Shown in pieces: positions 58,332-64,000 of a stretch of DNA of 64,000 nucleotides (its first letter is position 1; each line of letters starts with the position of its first letter). The notes under the pieces are model-generated. The model was not told the origin of the DNA. It did no database searches and saw nothing but the letters and a program-made list of their open reading frames with translations. The position numbers were made by a program, and so were the translations under genes. The stretch is from Candidatus Poribacteria bacterium (GTDB lineage: Bacteria > Poribacteria > WGA-4E > WGA-3G). The DNA lies in assembly GCA_965215265.1 (NCBI GenBank), contig OZ244048.1:4128001-4192000 (forward strand). The letters run 5' to 3'.

Positions 58332-59159
58332 ATGAACAAACTAACGGCCATACTAACGATACTGCTCGTTACAGCAGCCGCTGCAGATGCCCAGTGGCGT
58401 AGCAAAACACATGACGTTTACAATGCACTCACTGGCGTTGAGGTTGAAATTGATGGAGACCTTGGTGAATGGGACGGCATTTTAGAAGCCGTAACAGGCA
58501 CCGACGGAACGCCTTTCTGTGGAATCGAATATGCAGGAGATGTGTTCCAAGAACACGCCGGCGGTAAATGGGAAGGACCTGATGATCACGAAACCTGTTT
58601 TATGATTGTCTGGGACACGGATGCCGTTTACATCGCGCTTATCGTCACAGATGATGAGCATGAACATGCCGAAGCTGCAGCATGGAACGGCGATGGCGCA
58701 CAGCTCGCCTTTGAAATGAGCGGCAAACGGGGTGCTGGACAGCCGTTGCGGTTATACAATATCGGATTAGACGATAAAGCCGAAAGCATCATCGCAAATG
58801 CACTGAATGAGAACCCCGGTGGAGCAGGTATTGTCCCTGATGATGACATCGCCGTTGTACGGGCAGAAGATGACAAGAAAACCTACTATGAACTGAGGTT
58901 TACAGCCGAAGAACTAAACGTGAAAGGCAAAAAATTCAGTGACGGGTCTGAATTTGGACTCGGTATCTGTGTCAACGATGGCGACAAAGCCGCTGGCCAA
59001 GGAGGCCAAAAAGGCTGGAGCGGCTGGTATACACATTCTATCGTTTTCGGAAAGAATTCCGAACATACCGGACTTGTCAAACTCACCGCTGAGAGAGCTT
59101 CTGTTGAACCCTCGCATAAGTTGGCAACAACCTGGAGTACCTTAAAAAACGCTCAGTAA
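58332..59159 (+). CDS. Secreted CBM9-like sugar-binding domain protein with 'KLATTWSTLK' tail
   Basis: IDGDL.EW, WD...YI...VTDD, W.GD..Q, YE, VNDGD. Confidence 0.75.
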   Translation: MNKLTAILTILLVTAAAADAQWRSKTHDVYNALTGVEVEIDGDLGEWDGILEAVTGTDGTPFCGIEYAGDVFQEHAGGKWEGPDDHETCFMIVWDTDAVYIALIVTDDEHEHAEAAAWNGDGAQLAFEMSGKRGAGQPLRLYNIGLDDKAESIIANALNENPGGAGIVPDDDIAVVRAEDDKKTYYELRFTAEELNVKGKKFSDGSEFGLGICVNDGDKAAGQGGQKGWSGWYTHSIVFGKNSEHTGLVKLTAERASVEPSHKLATTWSTLKNAQ

Positions 59160-59178
59160 GAGTTGTTCTGAGCAAACC

Positions 59179-59224
59179 ATATCTGAAAGCCGCAAACGCT
59201 GGCGGCCTTCAGATATAACTTTTC
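59179..59224 (+). terminator. Putative intrinsic terminator
   Basis: ATATCTGAA.GCCGC / GCGGC.TTCAGATAT followed by a T-run. Confidence 0.5.
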
Positions 59225-59470
59225 CTATATTTCAGCACATCACAAGTCGCTGCTATGTTAAATCCTTTACAAATCTCGTTCTTTCGTCTACAGGAGCCCG
59301 CTAAAGGCTGCTGCTATGTTAATAACTTTACAACACGAACCATCAAAAGCATAAGCGGCGATGGCACGGAGATATACGAAAAAACGAGATTTACACACGA
59401 GTTATTATTACATAAGCATTGATGGTAAGGATTTAACATGGCAGCCGCATTTATGGGGCTGTAGACGAGA
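59222..59470 (+). repeat. Dispersed palindromic repeat family copy
   Basis: Similar to 53803-54028. Confidence 0.7.
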
Positions 59471-59475
59471 GAACG

Positions 59476-59862
59476 TTACTTGCGTATAAACATCTTGCGT
59501 GTAGCGGTGAAGTCCCCAGCGGTGAGCGTGTAGAAGTAGACACTGCTCGCCACCGGCTCCCCGACGGCGTTACGCCCATCCCAATACGCGGCACGATTCT
59601 GAGCGTGATACAACCCCCCCTGCTGATGCCCAAGCGACAGTGTCCGGACGAGCGTGCCGTGGGCGGTGTGGATGTGCACCGTCACGTCCGCCGGTTTTTC
59701 CAACTGATACGGCATCCACGTCTCGGGGTTGAACGGGTTGGGGTAGTTCGGCAAAAGGGCACTCTCTTCATTCACAACTCTATCCCCATTAACATCCGCA
59801 CGATTTTGACCTGTTGCCCCAAATGCTGCCGCCACTAAAACGAGGTCTTGAATGTTGACGTG
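59476..59862 (-). pseudogene. Internally deleted dockerin + FlgD-Ig/T9SS-like C-terminal fragment
   Basis: VNIQDLVLVAAAFG..ADVNGD.VVN joined directly to SALLPNYPNPFNPETW; no N-terminus. Confidence 0.7.
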
Positions 59863-60016
59863 CCGCTCGCCGGCGCGTTCTTCGGTGCCGGTGGCATCGG
59901 GCTAGAAAAAAAGGGTGGCATCTTTACTGCCAAAAGTGGTATAATTTGAGTAGAGTCTTCACCGCTTTTCACCGGCGGGCTGCCCAAACGGCAGGCACCC
60001 GGCATAGAGGAGAGAA

Positions 60017-61174
60017 ATGACGGAAGAAACCAAAGACGTGGACACGCAGATGCAGCATATCCGCGCGCTGCTTGATGGACGCGTTGAACACTTCGCCGAC
60101 AGGAGTGTGCGGCGCTTGCTACAAAACGGCGAAAACGTCCGGGGTGTGCTAGAAATCGTCGCCGCTGACATCGCAGCACGCATAGATTTTAGCCAACTCG
60201 TTCCACTCCCGAGAAGCCTGCTGCCAGAAGTGCTGCGGGAGCAGGAAGCGGATAGCGTGTTTCGCGTCCCGTTTAGAACCGAGACAGCCACCGAGGCGCT
60301 GCTCATCTATCTGCTCGTCGAACATCAATCGACGGTGGATACGACGATGGGGTTTCGGGTGCTGTTTTATATGATGCTGATTTGGGACGCACATCGCAGG
60401 CAATGGGAACACGACAAGGTGCCCAAACAGGCACGACGGTTGCCCCCGATACTGCCGGTTGTGTTTTATACCGGCGAGCAGCAGTGGAAAACCCCGCTGA
60501 CACTTGAGGCACTGATGGACATCCCTGCTGAACTCGCCCGGTTCGTTCCGGCTTTTGAGACGCTGTTTCTGAGCGTGAAGCAAACCGATGTCGCCACGCT
60601 GACTCAAACGCATCATCCGTTCGGGTGGCTGTTGACGGTGCTGCAAAAAGAGAGAGCAGACGAGGCGGAGATTCGGGATGCGTTACGCACGGCGATAGCG
60701 CACCTTGATGAGTTTGATACGGTTGGTGCCGAACAGCGGCGTGAGGCGATAGTCTATTTCTTGTTACTCATCTTGCATCGTCGGCCGCTATCAGAACAAA
60801 GTGGCTTAGTAGCATTAGTGGAGCAACTCGCAGAAGATAAGATGGAGGTAAAACAGATGGCAGAAACCATGGCAGAAATCCTGGTGCAACAAGGACTCAA
60901 ACAAGGCATTGAACAAGGCATTGAGCAAGGCATTGAGCAAGGCATTGAGCAAGGCATTGAACAAGGCATTGAGCAAGGTATTGAACAAGGTGCACGCCGG
61001 AATGCGATAGAAAACGTCATCGCGGTGCTCACCGCACGGTTCCCGCAGAGCGACGTGCAGACGACTCAACCGCGTCTTGAAGCGATACCAGACCTGGTGC
61101 GGCTCAAGCAGCTGCATCTCATCGCCGTTGAAACACCCAATTTTGAAGCGTTCCTGCAAGCGCTGCACACTTAG
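60017..61174 (+). CDS. Rpn family nuclease (third, diverged copy)
   Basis: LREQEAD.V.RV, LVEHQS, LPPILPVVFYTGE; (GIEQ)7 at 60905-60988; internal GGAGGT-ATG at 60844/60857. Confidence 0.9.
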   Translation: MTEETKDVDTQMQHIRALLDGRVEHFADRSVRRLLQNGENVRGVLEIVAADIAARIDFSQLVPLPRSLLPEVLREQEADSVFRVPFRTETATEALLIYLLVEHQSTVDTTMGFRVLFYMMLIWDAHRRQWEHDKVPKQARRLPPILPVVFYTGEQQWKTPLTLEALMDIPAELARFVPAFETLFLSVKQTDVATLTQTHHPFGWLLTVLQKERADEAEIRDALRTAIAHLDEFDTVGAEQRREAIVYFLLLILHRRPLSEQSGLVALVEQLAEDKMEVKQMAETMAEILVQQGLKQGIEQGIEQGIEQGIEQGIEQGIEQGIEQGARRNAIENVIAVLTARFPQSDVQTTQPRLEAIPDLVRLKQLHLIAVETPNFEAFLQALHT

Positions 61175-61248
61175 AGAGACAAACCGAAAGAACGGATATG
61201 GCGAAATGGGCACGTGCCAAGTTCCCACCAGACCCGTTCAAGGAAAAG

Positions 61249-63799
61249 TTACTTGCGTATCAACATTTTGCGTGTGGCGGTGAAATCCCCAGCGGTGAGC
61301 GTGTAGAAGTAGACACCGCTCGCCACCGGCTCCCCGACGGCGTTTCTGCCATCCCAATACGCTGCGCGTGCACGAGCTCGGTAAAATCCCGCCTGCTGAT
61401 GCCCGAGCGACAGTGTCCGAACGAGCATGCCGTGTGCGGAATAGAGCTGCACCGTCACGTCTGCCGGTTTTGCCAATTGATAAGGTATCCACGTCTCGGG
61501 GTTGAACGGGTTAGGGAAGTTCGGCAAAAGGCGGCTCTCTTGCGGTGTGAGTGCGGCGAGGAGCTGCTCGAGGACCACAAGCCCACGCTGGACACCCGCG
61601 TCTGTGAGATTCAGCTGCCGCGCTGCCTGCAGCCACTGCTGCACTTCTGCGCGCATCAGCGCCTGGCCCTGCTGTCCTGCTGCCGGTGCTGCAGGGGCTT
61701 TCCCGAATGCTGCCGCCACGAGCGTCAGATCCAGGATATTGACGAGTTCATCGCCGTTGACATCTGCACGGCTCTCCCCTGTCTCCCCAAACGCTGCGGA
61801 GACTAAAACAAGGTCTTGAATGTTGACAAGCCCATCCGCGTTGATGTCCTCCGCTGCAGCAGGGGCAGTAGGAGGACGGAGGTCCCAGAGCAGCACGGTG
61901 CCGTCCCTACTCCCACTAGCGAGCGTGCTACCATCTGGACTGAACGCTACGCTCCAGACAAGCTCCGTATGCCCGTTGAGAGTTTTGAAAGTCTCGCCCG
62001 TGTTGACATCCCACAGACGAATGGTTTTGTCCGAACTCCCACTAGCGAGCGAGCGCCCATCAGGGCTGAACGCGACGCTCCAGACAAGCTCCGTATGCCC
62101 GTTGAGAGTTTTGAGAGTCTCGCCTGTGTTGACATCCCACAGCCGAATGGTGGAGTCCAAACTCCCGGTAGCGATGTGTGCGCCATCGGGGCTAAACGCT
62201 ACGCTCCTGACGGCAGCCGTATGCCCGCTGAAAGTGTGGATTGTATCGCCTGTGTTGACATCCCAGAGCCGAATGGTGGAGTCCAAACTCCCAGTTGCGA
62301 GCGTTCTGCCATCAGGACTGAACGCCACGCTCCAGACAGCCCCCGTATGCCCTGTGAGTGTTTTGAGGTTTTCGCCTGTGTTGACATCCCACAGCCGAAT
62401 GGTTTCGTCCTCACCCCCACTAGCGAGCGTTCTGCCATCAGGACTGAACGCTACGCTCATGACATACCCCGTATGCGCAGTGAGTGTTTTGAGGTTTTCG
62501 CTTGTGTTCACATCCCACAGCCGAATGGTTTCGTCCTCACCCCCACTAGCGAGCGTTCTGCCATCAGGACTGAACGCCACGCTCCAGACCCACCACGTAT
62601 GCTCTGTGTGAGTTTTGAGAGTTTCGCCTGTGTTCACATCCCACAGCCGAATGGTGTCGTCCCCACTCCCACTAGCGAGCGTGCGCCCATCTGGACTGAA
62701 CGCCACGCTATAGACCCACCACGTATGCCCGTTGAGTGTTTTGAGGGGTTCGCTTGTGTTCACATCCCACAGATGAATGGTGCCGTCATTCAATATGATC
62801 GTTGAACGTATTGGAGATGTAGTGTTCACATCCCACAGCTGAATGGTGGAGTCCCGACTCCCACTAGCGAACGTGCGCCCATCTCCGCTGAACGCTATGC
62901 TATAGACAGGCCACCTATGCCCGTTGAGAAGTTTGAGAGTCTCGCCTGTGTTGACATCCCATAGCCGAATGGTGGTGTCCGAACTCCCACTAGCGAGCGT
63001 GCGCCCATCAGGGCTGAACGCGACGCTATTGACAGCCGCCCTATGCCTGAGAGTTTTGAGAGTCTCGCCCGTGTTCACATCCCACAGACGAATGGTGAAC
63101 TCCCCACTCCCACTAGCGAGCGTGCGCCCATCTACGCTGAACGCCACGCTATAGACATCCCACCTATGCCCGTTGAGAGTTTTGAGAGTCTCGCCCGTGT
63201 TCACATCCCACAGACGAATGGTGAAGTCCTGACTCCCACTAGCGAGCGTGCGCCCATCTACGCTGAACGCCACGCTATAGACCCTCCCACCTATGCCCGG
63301 TGAGAGTTTTGAGGTTTTCGCTTGTGTTGACATCCCACAGCCGAATGGTGGTGTCCGAACTCCCACTTGCGAGCGTGCGCCCATCTACGCTGAACGCGAC
63401 GCTATTGACAGCCGTCCTATGCCCGTTGAGAGTTTTGAGAGTCTCGCCCGTGTTCACATCCCACAGACGAATCGTGTCGTCCCCACTCCCACTAGCGAGC
63501 GTGCGCCCATCTGGACTGAACGCTACGCTTATGACAACCCCCGTATGCCCGGTGAGTAGGTCGAGCGGCTCACCCGTCTCCGCATCATACAGCCAAATAC
63601 CAATGCCACTTGCTACTGCAAGCTGAGAACCATCCGGCGAATACGCTACCTCAGTTATCCTGCCTCTGCCCAGACGTGCAATCGCCCCCTCCGGTAAACC
63701 CCACTGTGTCTCCGCAGGATACTGACCCGACGCAACAGGGAGAAAAACACTCGTTACCAGAAGAGCTAATAAACCGAATACCGTTAGACTCTTTTTCAT
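61249..63799 (-). pseudogene. WD40-repeat + dockerin + FlgD-Ig/T9SS-like protein split by a +1 frameshift near 63283
   Basis: GGAGG + ATG 63799, signal peptide, QWGLPEGA; 126-bp near-identical WD40 repeats; GGG CAT AGG TGG GAG G GTC TAT versus the normal GAT GTC TAT. Confidence 0.8.
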
Positions 63800-64000
63800 T
63801 TCACTTCCTCCAGTCATTTTTGGTTTGCCTGCATGGGTGCAAGCGGCTCTTTTTTTACAGTTTTCCACTTGGTTCTTAAAGAAGTATACCACAGATTGTA
63901 AAAAAAGTCAACCTTTTTTTAGAGGTTTGCTGGAAAGGGCCACAATAATCCCTAAAAAAAAGCATAAAGTAAAGTTCTTTTTCATCGTTAGCGGTGACGG

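Noticed and set aside
61502-63626. Long + strand ORFs opposite the WD40 gene, and similar antisense ORFs over the FGE and rpn genes
   Set aside because: Shadow frames of repetitive coding sequence.

Overview
Bacterial genomic window, most likely Candidatus Poribacteria. This is an inference from the mix of dockerin + FlgD-Ig/T9SS-like C-terminal domains, WD40, LamG, PhyH, sulfatase and Rpn genes and a recurrent 'KLTTTWGxIK' tail. From left to right: (i) a heme-uptake operon with two Fur boxes (IsdG-like oxygenase, PepSY-TM, TonB receptor, two HmuY, HmuTUV); (ii) two inverted paralogous modules (about 11.97-18.66 kb on +, 25.3-21.75 kb on -), each made of promoter repeats, a secreted protein, a dockerin-FGE/CLec gene, a loop-E hairpin repeat and an Rpn nuclease gene (tandemly duplicated on +, a remnant on -); the FGE C-termini carry a DGR-type adenine-mutagenesis signature and a conserved downstream hairpin, but no RT or template is present in the window; (iii) metabolic and secreted-protein genes, including a (TTGC)11 phase-variable gene, an orphan methyltransferase and a UGA/SECIS selenoprotein peroxiredoxin; (iv) a clade II nosZ cluster with a single-ORF NosB-NosB-NosD-TM-NosF fusion, nosY, nosL and a candidate type-1 copper protein; (v) a third Rpn next to a frameshifted WD40 gene with hypervariable repeats. 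A modular palindromic repeat family of about 150 bp fills many intergenic regions. No rRNA, tRNA or CRISPR array was seen. All calls are by eye from motifs; no database searches were run.
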